Assembly (NCBI GenBank): GCA_900617105.1
Contig: UYFQ01000685.1
Span: 62,001-126,000 of the forward strand
Direction: 5' to 3'
Source of the DNA: Hydrurus foetidus
Taxonomy: Eukaryota
DNA length: 64,000 nucleotides
The translations under genes and the position numbers were made by a program. Under the pieces are notes generated by a model. That model was not told the origin of the DNA. It saw only the letters and a program-made list of their open reading frames with translations, and did no database searches. Shown here piece by piece: positions 21,565-34,752 of this stretch (within the stretch, counting starts at the first letter, position 1; each line of letters starts with the position of its first letter).

Positions 21565-23359
21565 ATGGGCAAAGACCTAAAGCGCAATAATTTGATGGAT
21601 TCTCAGTTCCCGTATGGGAGTATTAAGAGCTCAAGTATATCAGATTTGTTTGCTAGTTTCAACTCCAATGCAGATAACGCCTCATCTCATGGAGTAAATG
21701 TTGAAATAGAGAGCGAAAGGAATGAATTTAACCCATCATCATCCCGTTTTGTTGTTGCATTCTTGATCTGCCTCTCGAGTGCCCTCAATTGCTTTATTCA
21801 ATATACATTTGTATCTATCTGGTACGTCATTCCATTAGCATGCAGACCACAATCTCAGAAAATATTGTAAAAAAATCTGATGGAGGTTACGCCGTAACTG
21901 CTTGTATCTGTCATTTCTTATGTAGGAAAATTGCCATCGAAGCGTACGATGTCGATGCATTGGCTGTCAATATGCTTGCACTCGTCTTCGCTGTGTTCTA
22001 TATCCCAGGATCTGTATTAGCGATTAACCTTTACGCACGTTACGGGCTAAACTCCTGCATAATTGGTGCCGCTTTTTTGAATTTGTTGGCTTGCTTGGTC
22101 AGATACTCCAGCTTTCTGACCTCAACCCCTTCCATCGGTTTCACTACTGTCCTAATTGGCCATATAATCGCTGCGATTGGGTCTCCACTAGTTCTGAATG
22201 CGCCATCTAGAGTGGCTAACGACTGGTTTCCTAAGAAAGAAAGAGCAATTGCGGTGTCAATCATGACACAGTCCAATTACATCGGAGGAGGATTAGGTGG
22301 GCTTCTTCCAGCATTGCAAGTCAGTGGTACAGCTGACATCTTACGCATGCTCCTATCACAAGCTGTTGTGGCGGGCATCATTCTTTTTTTAAGCATCGTG
22401 TTGACTCCGAACCATTCACCTGTCCACGCCGACTTCGATGCTGCTTATCAAGTCGAATTAAGGTCACATATTGACGTAACAAATGTCTCTGACATATGCA
22501 AACAAATGCTGAGGTATGTTACGATCGCTTTTTGTCTGAGTACACATTTCTTTTCTGTTGTCGCTGACTACGAAGACTGAAAAACATTGAGACTGTATCT
22601 TCTTACTACCCATTATGCTGCTTCATTTTCAGATACATCTAGATCCAAGACCTATTTCCCCCTAAAGTCCTTTTTTTTTCTTGTTTTTCTTATTTCAGAG
22701 ACTTTTATGTCATGCTGACAAACTTTAATTTCGTGATGCTACTAATAAGTTTTGCTCTTCAAGTGGGTTTATCGTGGGCACTTGGGTCGGTTATTGGACA
22801 GATTCTACAGCCATGCGGATATACTGACGAATTGGTGGGGAAGGCATTACTGATAACCACAGTGGCCGGAACGATTGGTTCGTTTATATCGGCATACGTG
22901 CTGTACTACTGTCATAGAAGTTACTTTTACATATACAAGATAATGGTACTACTGACATCTATTGGGTGTCTACTAGTATTTCGCGTCAATCAGCCGGGCG
23001 GTCCCTTTTTAGTATTGTTCTGCTGGATGTTATACGGTGTAACGTGTGGACCGTTGACTCCTGTATCTTTAGAGTTAGCGGCCGAAATGACGTATCCAAT
23101 TCCGGCCGACAATTCTGCGACATTGCTCTTTACTATGGCTGTAAGCGTTTATTTCGCTTGTGCGGTTGTGCTTACCCCTTTACTGCGGTTGCAAGAGTCT
23201 TCTACCTGTTCGGCTTTCCTCTCACCCGCTGCCTTGTCAGCATGTGCCATTTCTCTGATAGCCATTTTAACGGCTCTACCCATGAAGCCGCTTTTCAATA
23301 GAAAGGAAATGTCTGATAAGGAATTGGCGATTAGGAAGATACCGTCCGTTCTGATGTAG
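21565..23359 (+). CDS. Major facilitator superfamily transporter, FLVCR/SLC49-like (3 exons: 21565-21821, 21926-22513, 22699-23359)
   Basis: About 12 hydrophobic helices; LNAPSRVANDWFPKKERAIA and SLELAAEMTYPIP motifs typical of FLVCR/MFSD7; GT-AG introns keep the frame. Confidence 0.85.
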
Positions 23360-24581
23360 CGACATCGAGCAGACGATGATGATGACAATCACTACAAGTG
23401 ATGGTGGGACAGAACGGAATATGATCGGATGCGATGGAGGCACATGGTAGTGATGAAGATCAGTCCGTCCCGCTCCGCTCCGATGTTACAGCAGAGCACA
23501 CGTCAAGTCATCTCCACTCAATAGATATCGGTCAGTGTAATGATCGGTTGGCAAGTGCGCTGCACGATCCCATCGTCAATTCTCTGCATTGCACTGTACC
23601 GTACTGCAGTACGAACACGTCCCGGGGATTAAGTATGTACGGTACAAGCACAAAATTCCACTGCCGATGTACCGTCACGTACGTATCTTCAAGTACTGTA
23701 GCACACACGAGACTGCGACCTCTGGATGCTTCATCCAGTGGGAATAATCTTGTAAATAAGAACGTACGTACGTACTTAGTCTATAAGTACTTCTGGGGGA
23801 AATATGTCCTCTACATCTGTCAGTGATACGTACGTTACGTACTTGAGAACACACGGACAGTCGTAGTTACACTGACATTCACCACTACATCAATCCAAAC
23901 CTCTTACTGATCTTTCTATCATGTTGTGTGAGATTAGGGTTGTTAGCGTGTTTCCTGATATTGTTCGCTTTGAAAGATATAGTACTTAATTAAATTAAGA
24001 GCAACTTAATAAATCACAATTATTCGGGAATTGAATCAATTTACCTATCTGTTTGTTTGCATGTCAATTTGTATATGGTATTCTGAAGCATATAATTTAA
24101 TGCACTGGTCTCGCTGTTTCTGTTCGGAGATATAAGATATGAATGTAAACAGTGTAAAGCACCTAGGTATGAAACCAGTAAAAATCAATTCTGCAAAGTA
24201 GAGAAGATGAAAGAAATCAAATTAGAGTGCCAACAAACGAAATCAAATCATAGAAAATGTCAGCAAATATATTCAACACTGCTAGACGAAGTCGTTAAAT
24301 AAAAAAAGTGCGTACTATATGACGGATACCAAAAAGTTTTTCAATCCCTTTTTCGTCGGTCCGGTACATAGAACTTGGGTCAGATTCCCCGTCATCCCTC
24401 CACTTCTTCTGTTCTATTGATTGCGTAGTGACTAGAAGAGGAGATGGAAGTATGGAGGATGCAGCGTGTTCTAAGCGATAGATATCTGTTCCATGGATGT
24501 CTCCAGTGATAGTGAGAGGCGGAGGGATTACTTCTTTGTACTCGCAGTGAGTGCTGCTCGTACTGTCGTGTCAGCCGTTGT

Positions 24582-24612
<31 letters not shown>

Positions 24613-24708
24613 TTTGTTGTGTGTTGGTCGGTGACGTGACTGCTCAGAGATGGCGCTCTGCACAACAGCACACCCGTATTCCGTCAGCATCACCGTCACC
24701 ACTATCTT

Positions 24709-27700
24709 CTACGTCTTCCTAATTGACTGGGCTTTAGACTTCATCTCACTGTCTGTGTACATACGTACCGTACACCGTTCATCCCTCTGTTCTTCAGAAT
24801 TTATCCAGTTTAATTTTTTCTATTTCTGCAACAACTGTCTGCACCATTTGACCCACGTCGATAGGATTATTTATAGAAACACCCACGTAAGTACGTCCGT
24901 ACCAATGCGCTAAATTATGAAAATGTCTGTTCTGGTCGGATCCGTCTATGAATAATTCTATCAAAGTTGCTCTGCAGTAGAATACAATATACAGAATACA
25001 GAATATTAGAATGTTATTCGTGTTTCGAAATTACAAGTATTATTGATATCATTTTTATGTTCGGAGATTTTGAAGGATCGTGAGTTCCATGATTCATCAT
25101 CCATGAAAATGTTCAATTTCAAAATGAGAGCACTACTAAAAAATAATTCAGTAGTGTTTTCGTACTGATTAGCGTTAGGATTCATAAGACCGGGCGTAGT
25201 GGAATGACGTACTTAAAATTTTACACGGATAAATGTCTTTTAATGTGTTTTTTATGTTCGGATTTTAGATTCTAATACAAAGGAACTTATTCTTGGTTCT
25301 TGGGGAAGATATCACTGTTGAAGTACGTGTGTACGGTATGATATACAGTAGATGTACTGTACGTACGTACCTGTCGCGCATGAATATGTTGTGCATCAGT
25401 CCCGCCCCGTGTGGACCGATCATGATATCCGTGCCTGTAATATCGGAAGGGAATATCATTATGGCAGCAAATATTATGATAGCAGCAAATTTTAACACTA
25501 GCAAATATCATCTTAAATGATATGGGGGTAGGGGGCGGAAGCAGCGAATAGTCATTTTCAGTAGACACGATTTGAGCTAAGACATACATACCTAAATCTG
25601 CCATTATTTGTTCTTTAAACGTTAGGATATTGTAGTCCACATCTCGGAACTCTACAAGCGCTCCATTTCTGTACGTACGTTTTTCCAACGCTTTTAATGC
25701 TGCCATAACTTCAACTTCATTGCTGACCTGAAATAATTGAAATGAAAAGTGAGTTTATTATGATTAGTTGTGCGGTAAATAATTGAAATGAGATTCAAAT
25801 GATTTATTTTCCTGACTATGTGCTGCGCTGCGCTTTGCTGATGAGTCAATTCGACTCAATTAAATCAAATTCAACACAATTCAATTCAACATAATACAAT
25901 ACAAATTAATGGAGAGAATTGTCAATAATGCCAGTAAAAGATCACTGACGGTAAGTTGAAGTATGAAATTTGTAGGACGGTACAGTAGAAAGGCTCCCAA
26001 ATTCAATAAGGATCAATTTCAAAGTATTCCTTCCAAAGCAGAAAAGAAAAGAATAGGACAAAAAATTTAATATAAATACAGTGATTTGTACAATAGTCGA
26101 CACAAACACCAATTACCATTCTTCCGAGGGATCTTGCACCGAAAGATTTCCATAATTCACAGAGGAAAAAAGATTCCGTGTCGCTGCAATATTTCTTTTC
26201 AGGCCATTCGGAGGATGCTGAGAAAGGGTGCAGTGGAGAAAAGCAAGGTAGTGTAGTGAGGTAGTGTAGTGAGGTAGTGAGTGAGGAGTTCTAGTGAGGT
26301 AGTGTTCGAAGTAGTGATATCTCCATAGGGCTATTCTATCCTTCTTCCTCACTATTCTCTCCTTTCCCTTCTCCGTTCTAATCGATATTCTTTCTTAACT
26401 ACACTCCTATCTATTCATTATTCATTACTACTCTTCACTCACTGCCTTGAACAAGAACACATATGACGCATTTGAATTGTATTGATATAAAGACTGAAAA
26501 CACCTTTGGGTACAGTTGAGATCATCATTACATGTCAATCTTGCATTCATTTACATTTTAGGACATTCTATTCTATTTTGAATTTGGGTGATACGTAATT
26601 TATCAAATACAAATAAGAAACACTTTCCCAATGGAAAAGGAAAACTTACGTCTTCTGGCCATATAAGTGATGACGATTGTTCTGGAAGGTTCTGCCGAAG
26701 CATAGTGCGTACTTCCCTGCATCTCCAACCCTCTTAGAAGCATTATTTATGTCACGATTATAACAAATGAAAATTGAATTTTACATCTGAAATATACTGT
26801 GGAAGTTGAATTGAAATCGAACCAATTAAAATGTGTGGATTTAAGAGATAGTTACGTACGTGCATAGGTCTGTAAGCGTTACATTATATCATATCTTACA
26901 ATATCAGTTATCAGTTATCAGTTATCACCATTGATCATTTATATTTTGAAGTGTACCCTAATTAACATCCTCAACTGCTTTGTAACTGCAGTCATCTAGA
27001 ATCTCGAGAGCCACAGTGATATTGTTGCAATTACATGACTATTCACATTACTTAACGGTATTACGTTCAATTTTATACGGTATTATGAACACTCCTTACA
27101 CGGTGTTTCGACGTGATTTCTCGAACAACATCTTTGACACACACAACAAGACACTCTACTCTGCTAGTAGAACTCATACGTACTCCACTGACCACTTAAG
27201 AGCAGTACATCAGCTGTTCCTAAACACACGTACGCACTCCGTACCTTATGACGTGGTCGGAGTACGCACGTACAAGAGCCGTACGCTTGCACGGAGTGTC
27301 CCAGGAAGCTACCGTGACCGGGGCCGCTGGGCCGTATATACCTACGGCCAACTGCTTATAGCACACGTGATACTGAAGAAGGGAAAAGAGGGGAAGGAAG
27401 AAGGGGGGAGGAAGGAAGGAAAGTAGAAGGGAAAGGAGGTAGGAGTGAAGGAAGGAAGGAAGGAAGGTGAGTTGTTAGGCAAGGAGGAAGGAGAATTTTA
27501 ATGAAAGTCATGAAGTTGGAAAAGGGGAAGACAGCGAAGTGACACAGATGGAGTAGCGATGTTACCATAGGGTGGTTAGATAAATACAGAAAAGAGATAG
27601 AGATAAAGATAGAGATAAGAAAAACAAGAATCTTACAGGATGTATTCGAATTCTATGTAAAAATACAGTGAATCCAACAAATTGAAGCAAAACCAGCGAA

Positions 27701-30543
27701 ACAAAGTTGACAAACATAAGTTCCTCTAAAATAGATAAAAGGATACATCACACAATAGAAATATGGATTTTTCTCACCTCCTTCTTATCATTGTGTTTGC
27801 TTATTTTTTGTCCAAAAGTATTCCTAAGATCCCAGGAATCTGCGGCCCGAAGTCCCGCCAAGTCCGACCCTTTAGGGGAAAAAACTTCACTCCAAATATT
27901 CCTAAGAATTATCAGGAGATAAATTCGATTTAGATTTGATAGTGTTTCATTATTGAATGCGTAACAGGTTCGGAATAATTTCTTTTTTGAATTTGTGCGC
28001 TGTTTCAGGTCAGATGCATTTAAGGCATGAAACAATGATGCACTGTTTTATTGAAGTAATGACATGTAATTCAATAGGCGATTACTCTCCTCCGCAATAA
28101 ATGAATAAATGACTATAATGTTGAAATAGCATCAAACGGAAAGCAAGCAGCCCATGAATTAAACAGAAGTCAGGAGCTAATTGAAATATTGACCAGCAAT
28201 GAAATATAACATAACCAAATTGACTCGTGTTTTTTGATCGCCAAAATCAGTCGATATTTAGTACATCAATAATAGAAAATAGCACAGCTGTGTAGAAAGA
28301 AAATTGTATAGCTTAGTACCAAAATGGGCCCTTCGGATACAGATCTGTGAGGTAAATTTGAGTACTACTTTTTTTCCATTTCAATACCGCCATAGCGATG
28401 AAAGCGTTGAAAAAATCTTCACTGTAAAAAAGAAAAAAAAGTGTTTATGAAAATTAGGATATAGAAATAAAATATGAAATAGTGAAGAGAGTAAATAGGA
28501 AAAATCAAGAAAATAAGAGTGTGATTTGGAGTGTAGCAAAAGAGGGATTGAAGTGAAGTAAAGATGGCTACTGAAAGGAAACACATTCTAGGAATACGTA
28601 CGTACAGAGTATTCTTCAGATTGGATTTTCCAAATAGGTGTGCGGTAAATAGTGTGTACGTAGTGTGTATGAACGTATGTATGCGTCTATTACCTGTCAT
28701 GGAAAAAATTGGCAAAAGTATCTCTTTGAACAACTAGTACAGGGTGGTCTACCCACTCATCGCAAATGACCTCTTTATGGTCTAACATCCGTTTGGTGGT
28801 ACTTCCATTTATTTCCGTGTGCACAGCTGATACTATTTCGAGTGCGTTTACTGTCCAATCTTCGTTCCATCCGGGCATGAATTTTGATTGCCATAATTCT
28901 TCATCAGGAATGCATGAAGATTTTACAAATCCTTTAGGGAATCTGATTTACATTATAGCGTGCATTATTATGATGTTGTTATGTAATAAGAGCATTCAAA
29001 AACTGGGAGACAATCGCTTTTTCTAATCATAAACATCATCAAATAATCTTTGAAATAAAACCCAGATGACAAAAATTGAAACATACATGTCACAAAAATG
29101 ATGTGCATCTCGTAGTGCTACTTAATGTATACGGCACAAGGAACGTACTTTATGTACGGTTGTACGTTATGTCTAGTTTCGACATATTTTTGCACAACAG
29201 GACGAGTTATTGAATCGTCATTAAAGAGGCCTAATAAAAAAAAAAAAAAAAGTGAGAAAAAATGCTATGTAAGATAGAATAAATAATTTCAGTCAAATAA
29301 GTAGGACAGCAAAGAGAGAAAATCTAGAAGTCTATTTTCCTCTAACAAAAATATCCTATAAGCAATATCTCCCAAAGGATAAGTTGATAAATCTTAATGC
29401 TTCATGAAATGTAAATCAGTTCATATGGAGCTGAATTTACAGACGCACTGTATTTAGAAGACATAAGAGTAGCGTCTTTGATTTCAAATCACTACTTAAT
29501 TTTTCTTTTACTATTCTACCAGTAGATATTGCTCATTAAAGCAATCTAATCGTTTTCATCATGTGGTAAAATTGCGTGATTAAGTACTAATGATACGTTT
29601 GGAAAGATTCAGAACATACGTAAGTTCAGTACGTACGTACGGACGGACGTAGCACATATTCTGAAAACAAATAACAGTGCTCACCTATATTAACAGCAAC
29701 ATTTTTCATCAAGCACAAATTGTCTCCATCCCCATGGTGTCTTGTTTGGCTGATAAGAAAACAATCGATTGATGATCTTTCCGAATCTTGCAAACTTTGA
29801 CTATCCGATTCTCTGCAGTAGGATTTCTTCTGATTTCTCCATTTGTTAATAAGAGCATTGCCAAAATCTTCTTTGCAACTTCCGCCGCCATCAGATTCAC
29901 CGTACCAACTCATCATCTCACTGATATCAGTTGTTTGATGCAATTCATCGCTGAGAGTTAATATTCTATGCAAATCAACATGACGGCTCAAGTTTGGAAT
30001 ATCTGTTACTACTGATGGTAGAATTGGATCTGATTCATCTTTCTCGGATGGACTGTCTTTACTGTCTCGCAATGCCTTCAGCTTAAATGCTTTCTCGCTG
30101 ACTGCTGCTTGAAGCGAGCTAAGACGAGTTAACAACTTGATTCGTCTACATGTGAAGAAATATGACAGCAAGAAGAGGTAGCTGTCAGTAATAGCAAAGT
30201 CAAGCTCTGTGAGGAGTGCTATATAGTTCGAGTTGGATAAACAAGTTCAACGGCTTGGCGCAAGAGATTCAAGTTGATCATACTAACTCTTTCGATGCTC
30301 CGCTTGCTTCTGACGACCGAAAGCTCTTAATTTCCAGCAGAGATGAGAAGTAGGTGATATGAAGAAGCAAGAACAAAATAGTCACCTGCAATTTAAATCA
30401 CAGGTTCCATAGAAGTTGATATTTGTAAGCCATCTTAAGAGCAAAGGTTGAGGTAAGGACAATGATCTTACCGCGGCCACAAAGCATTTGACAAGGAACT
30501 TTCTCGACACATGATTCGAACGACCATTGAGCGATTTCGCCAT
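24709..30543 (-). CDS. Glycosyltransferase family 61, EOGT-like, type II membrane protein (multi-exon)
   Basis: N-terminal TM anchor (VTILFLLLHITYF); exons ICDEWVDHPVLVVQRDTFANFFHD, VCYKQLAVGIYGPAAP, FRDVDYNILTFKEQIMADL, TDIMIGPHGAGLMHNIFM (GT61 HGAGL motif) and ATLIELF..HFHNLAHWYG. The 3' end is approximate. Confidence 0.8.
26491..26574 (+). repeat. Dispersed intronic repeat family 2, copy b
   Basis: Aligns with 5981-6062. Confidence 0.75.
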
Positions 30544-31042
30544 TATATTCAGAGAGTTGGAATCACACCATCACAAACGTATCAAATCAAGTGTTGACCA
30601 GCTCCCATCATTTTGCAGTCACTAGATACGGCTACCGAACTGATGATATTTGTTTATGAATTTACTGTCCAAAATATATGGAGAAGTTACAGATTTACCG
30701 CAACTCCCATGGCCTCGAGTTTAGGTAAGTTGCAACTTTTTCCCGCGGGTAAATTATGTTGGGGTGATGTTTATTCAGATGAGAGATACTGAGTTCACAG
30801 CAGCAGGGTCGAGTCAAGAGTCAAGGGCCTTGGTCGAGTTACAGTTCAATTGAACACGGAATTTGGAATAATTGGAATTGAACTTCCCGCAGAACACCGT
30901 TTTTTGGTGTTGAGCGAAAGACGTCAACAACTTCCGACTTCAGTTAGACTGCTGATTAGAAAAGCTCATCGGAGATTCTTTTGGGGTTTAGGGAGTCGTG
31001 CTGTTACTATCTCGTGGGAAATATTTTTGGCTGTAACGTGAC

Positions 31043-32192
31043 ATGAAATTGAACACAAGTGCTCTCGAAATCGTTCTGATTCTACTTGTCATTCTTTCGC
31101 TGGCTACTGGATTTGTCGATTCAGTCATGGGCCCTAGAGTTGCCATCCCCTTGATAACTAAAAGATTCACCTCAAAGAAATATGATCCACTTAGAAGCTC
31201 CGGTAGAATCCCGATGAAATCGAATGCCAAAAACCCCGCCACGAAAGTAGTCACAGATATCGATGATACTGTCAAATCAAGTGGAGGAGTGAAGCTCTTC
31301 GGCATTCCCCTCGGAGGCATTGATGTAAGTCTTCCACCAGACTATTCGCCGTAATGCCGTTGCCTAACTTTGATTACAACTTTTGTGGTTGAAGACGCAA
31401 TTCCGCCGAGGAGAGTTCTATCCGGGAGCTTTCCAATTTGCCTTTGAATTGTCATCAAGATTGAAGAAGGCTGTTCCAGAAAACGTTGCCGTATTAACAG
31501 CCCGCGCAAAAGAATTTAAGTTTGCATTGGCATTGAAGCAAGGCGACAAAATATGCAGTGCATATCGCGCTATCGGCGCATTAAACGGCTTCGGTGAATG
31601 GGGTATCGGCTTGGATGACGTATATTACGGCTCTTTCGTTGAATGGATCTTTCAGGATAGAAAGGGAATCAGGAAACTTGCCAACTTCGAGATCATGGTT
31701 GAAAACGACGCCAAGAAGAAGAGAGATTGCGATTACATTATTGTTGGCGATACGGGAGAGAAGGACGAGGAAGCTGGTGAGCGAATAGCGAGAAAATTTG
31801 GTCCAAAGAAAATACGCGCTGTCTTCCTTCACTGTGTATCTGACAGTCCCGACAGAAGTTTACTTCTTCTGCCCAAGGACAGATTGATGAATGGAGTCCC
31901 CATATTTTATTTTCGCACGTATGTCGGAGCTGCGTCAAAAGCGTATCAGAATCGTCTGATGACTCCTGAAGGTTTACAGCGAGTCATTGATGCGGCGAAG
32001 AACGACCTCCTGGTGCTAGAAAACAAAGTGACTAAGAATAAAATTGAGACTCTGCAGCCGATAATATCCTCACGAAGAAATGAGCTGGAGCGTGACATTT
32101 CGGATGCCAAGGTTGTTAAAAGGGCATCATCATTTCAGGCGGCATTTATATCCACAAATCCACAGAAATTTATCAACCTGAGGTCAAAGTAA
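31043..32192 (+). CDS. HAD-superfamily phosphatase, APP1/phosphatidate-phosphatase-like, with signal peptide (possibly plastid-targeted); exons 31043-31324, 31395-32192
   Basis: DIDDT (DxDxT) motif, LTAR and IIVGDTGEKDEE motifs; 70-bp GTAAGT..AG intron keeps the frame; hydrophobic N-terminus followed by a basic Ser-rich stretch. Confidence 0.65.
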
Positions 32193-32590
32193 CTTTCTTG
32201 TCGTATTGAAAAGTGAACCTGATAACTCCCTGCTATATGTTTCCATCCCAACTTTTTTGATCCTTATTGATGCATTTGCGATGTCGTCAATATTTCATTG
32301 ATCAATAACGGCACTATCTTTACCAATTTCTATTCTGTGCGCTTCAGATGTTGCAGACAATTTGTCAATAGAGATTTATTTTTCACTCATAAATAAAACT
32401 TATAGATGTCGCGATCAGTCACTGTTTGCACCCCTGGCGTTATCACCAGTACAAGAAAATCTTTGTGCTGAAAAGGATTTCGCTTAATTATCAGGGATAA
32501 GCTTGCCAGAGTTTGTGGCTGATAAGGCTATAGCAAAACTGGGTTAATTATGTACACTAAAATAAAAGAATAATTTGTAATATAGACAAT

Positions 32591-33322
32591 CTAAAAGAGG
32601 AAAGGCGTCTGTTGGACAACTGGTAGTCCTGTTGCAAACTCCTGAAAAACATATGCGGAAATAGCAATCATTGCAAGGCGGCCGTTTTTGATTTCAGCAG
32701 TCTCCATAGTTTTCTTGTTTCCCTTCACGTTGTACAAGTTCAAAGGATCGAAGCCGAGGCTTCCCGGAATGTAGTTGTCTGGCTTTTCAACGTTCCAGAA
32801 TACTTCACCGGAGTTCATGGCCTTTGATTCAAGATAGCCGGCAATAATAATGCTCATGATGAGCATTCCCGATGCCCAGGGACTGGAGAGACCACCATTT
32901 AGAAGCGAAGGAGCGCGGTCGCCGTCGGCAAGGATGGATTCCAAGTTGAATGTCTTGGCGATATCCTTGTGCCATAGCTCTGATAAGGGCCATCCGATTG
33001 CAGCGAGCATGGCAAGTCTGCCGTGCTTGTTTTCAGCCTCTCTCATCCAGAAAAGAGTTTTCTTCGACTTGGAGAAGCCTAGAGGATCAAATCCAACATC
33101 GCCGGCGAGGCTTCCGTCAAGAGCCATAGGCGCTTTAGTGTTGCCGATGGGAAACCACTTCGCAGCCAATGCAACCTTCTTCTTTGGTGGCGCGGAGAAT
33201 TCGATTGGGGCAGTCTCCTCTGAGGACATGAGAGATGAAGATCTCACATTTGCGCGAGCCGATGAGGGGGCAAATGCTGTGGCAGATGCAATAAGTGTCG
33301 ATACAATGATAGCTTGGAACAT
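32591..33322 (-). CDS. Light-harvesting chlorophyll a/c (fucoxanthin) binding protein, Lhcr/Lhcz-type
   Basis: Bipartite presequence with ATA-FAP cleavage motif; GDVGFDPLG, REAENKHGRLAM, APSLLNGGL, LGFDPL and AEIKNGRLAM; intronless. Confidence 0.95.
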   Translation of the reverse strand: MFQAIIVSTLIASATAFAPSSARANVRSSSLMSSEETAPIEFSAPPKKKVALAAKWFPIGNTKAPMALDGSLAGDVGFDPLGFSKSKKTLFWMREAENKHGRLAMLAAIGWPLSELWHKDIAKTFNLESILADGDRAPSLLNGGLSSPWASGMLIMSIIIAGYLESKAMNSGEVFWNVEKPDNYIPGSLGFDPLNLYNVKGNKKTMETAEIKNGRLAMIAISAYVFQEFATGLPVVQQTPFLF

Positions 33323-33432
33323 TTTAGAAATTATTCTTGGTTGGAATGTGATATGATGGAAGAAACAGATTCGATGTTCGATGGCAAGAAGCGTTCTTCG
33401 TGGTTAAATAGAACCGGTGTTGCGCAGCACAA

Positions 33433-33784
33433 ACGTCACTGAACAGTCACCAGTCAGCAAGCGTGACGAGGGAGGGAAAAGTTTCTGTGTGCTCCGTACT
33501 TCGCGAATACTGACGCACGTGATTTTATTTTTGTGATTTTCAGGAAATGGAGACAGATACAAAGCCAAGTGCAATTTTTTTTTCACAAAATGACGTTTTG
33601 TGATGTTGTGACACTACGACACTACAGCATAGGACGGTAGATGACGTATGACGCATGACGCAGGATCACTGACCACATAACACCTGCTCCTTGCTTCGAT
33701 TACGTCGACTTGCTCCATTGGTTGAGAAATTTTCCGTGTGACGAAAGTTAGCCATTCGAGTCTGAAAACAATTCCGCGTGACGA
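33433..33784. promoter_or_regulatory. Cluster of TGACG(T) bZIP-type motifs upstream of the LHC gene
   Basis: TGACGT at 33433 (reverse), 33591 and 33642; TGACGC at 33511, 33649 and 33656; TGACGA at 33464, 33739 and 33779. Confidence 0.45.
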
Positions 33785-34752
33785 AGCTTAGCCATACACG
33801 TCTGCCCCGCGGAAATGATAACGCTAACTTTTCAAACAACGGAGTAGACAATTCGACGAATCGAAGTTACAGAATGCAATCGATGAGGAAGTATCGAGAC
33901 TGGAATTCTGCAAAACTGACAAAAATGATGAAGATGTCACGTAGGCACTAGACTATCTCATATGCAAAATAACGTTGAACTAGTGATTGTTTCTATGGGT
34001 ATACTAACAAACTAGGTTTCTGGAATCATCCCCATCGCCATCAATTTTTAAAGGCATCATAATTACACGCTGCAGCAGCAACTTCAATCAGTGCAACACA
34101 TGAGATTTTTGAATCTACAGTCTACAGTTCCACTCAAAATCTCTTAAAATTCTCTTGAACAATTTGATTGGCCGCATCGAAAGAACAAATTTCCTTTTGT
34201 ATAATGTTTTCTGGCCTGTAATTGCTAAAAAGAATCTCAAGATACTGAAACCCAGAATTCATCATTATACAGGAGAGCCCCATGATCTGATGTAGCATAT
34301 GATGTTTCAACCATCAGCTTCGGTGACACCAAATATTCATTGAATTTAATATGTTCTCTACATAAAAAAAGACGAAGTTCGCAGTGAAAGTACTTCCTGA
34401 AATCCACGGAATATCGTGTTATTCCGTGGATTTTTCAATACGGGATTTCAGCCTCAACAACGAAGTTTCTTCAAAAAATTTCGTCCTTGAATTCAACTCC
34501 TCCATCAACTCAACCCCCTATTATAATTCGGATGTGAAGAACAATTCCGCAATTGTCAAAGATCGAATATCGTATTCCTCAACACCCTCAAAAGCTGGGC
34601 GCCACTCATGGGGCAATCCGAAATGTCAAATAAGAGCCGCTACTGATCGATTCCCCGACTACAAATCCGACGCCGACTTGAAGAAAATGAGAAGTTGAGG
34701 CATTTAGCTGTTCTACCTTCAAGTATCATCTGTCCAAGTCAAATTTGTCAAA

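Noticed and set aside
23434..23826. 130-aa ORF downstream of the MFS gene
   Set aside because: No recognisable motif; lies in the 3' intergenic region between convergent genes.
32850..33356. 168-aa plus-strand ORF
   Set aside because: Antisense shadow of the LHC gene.
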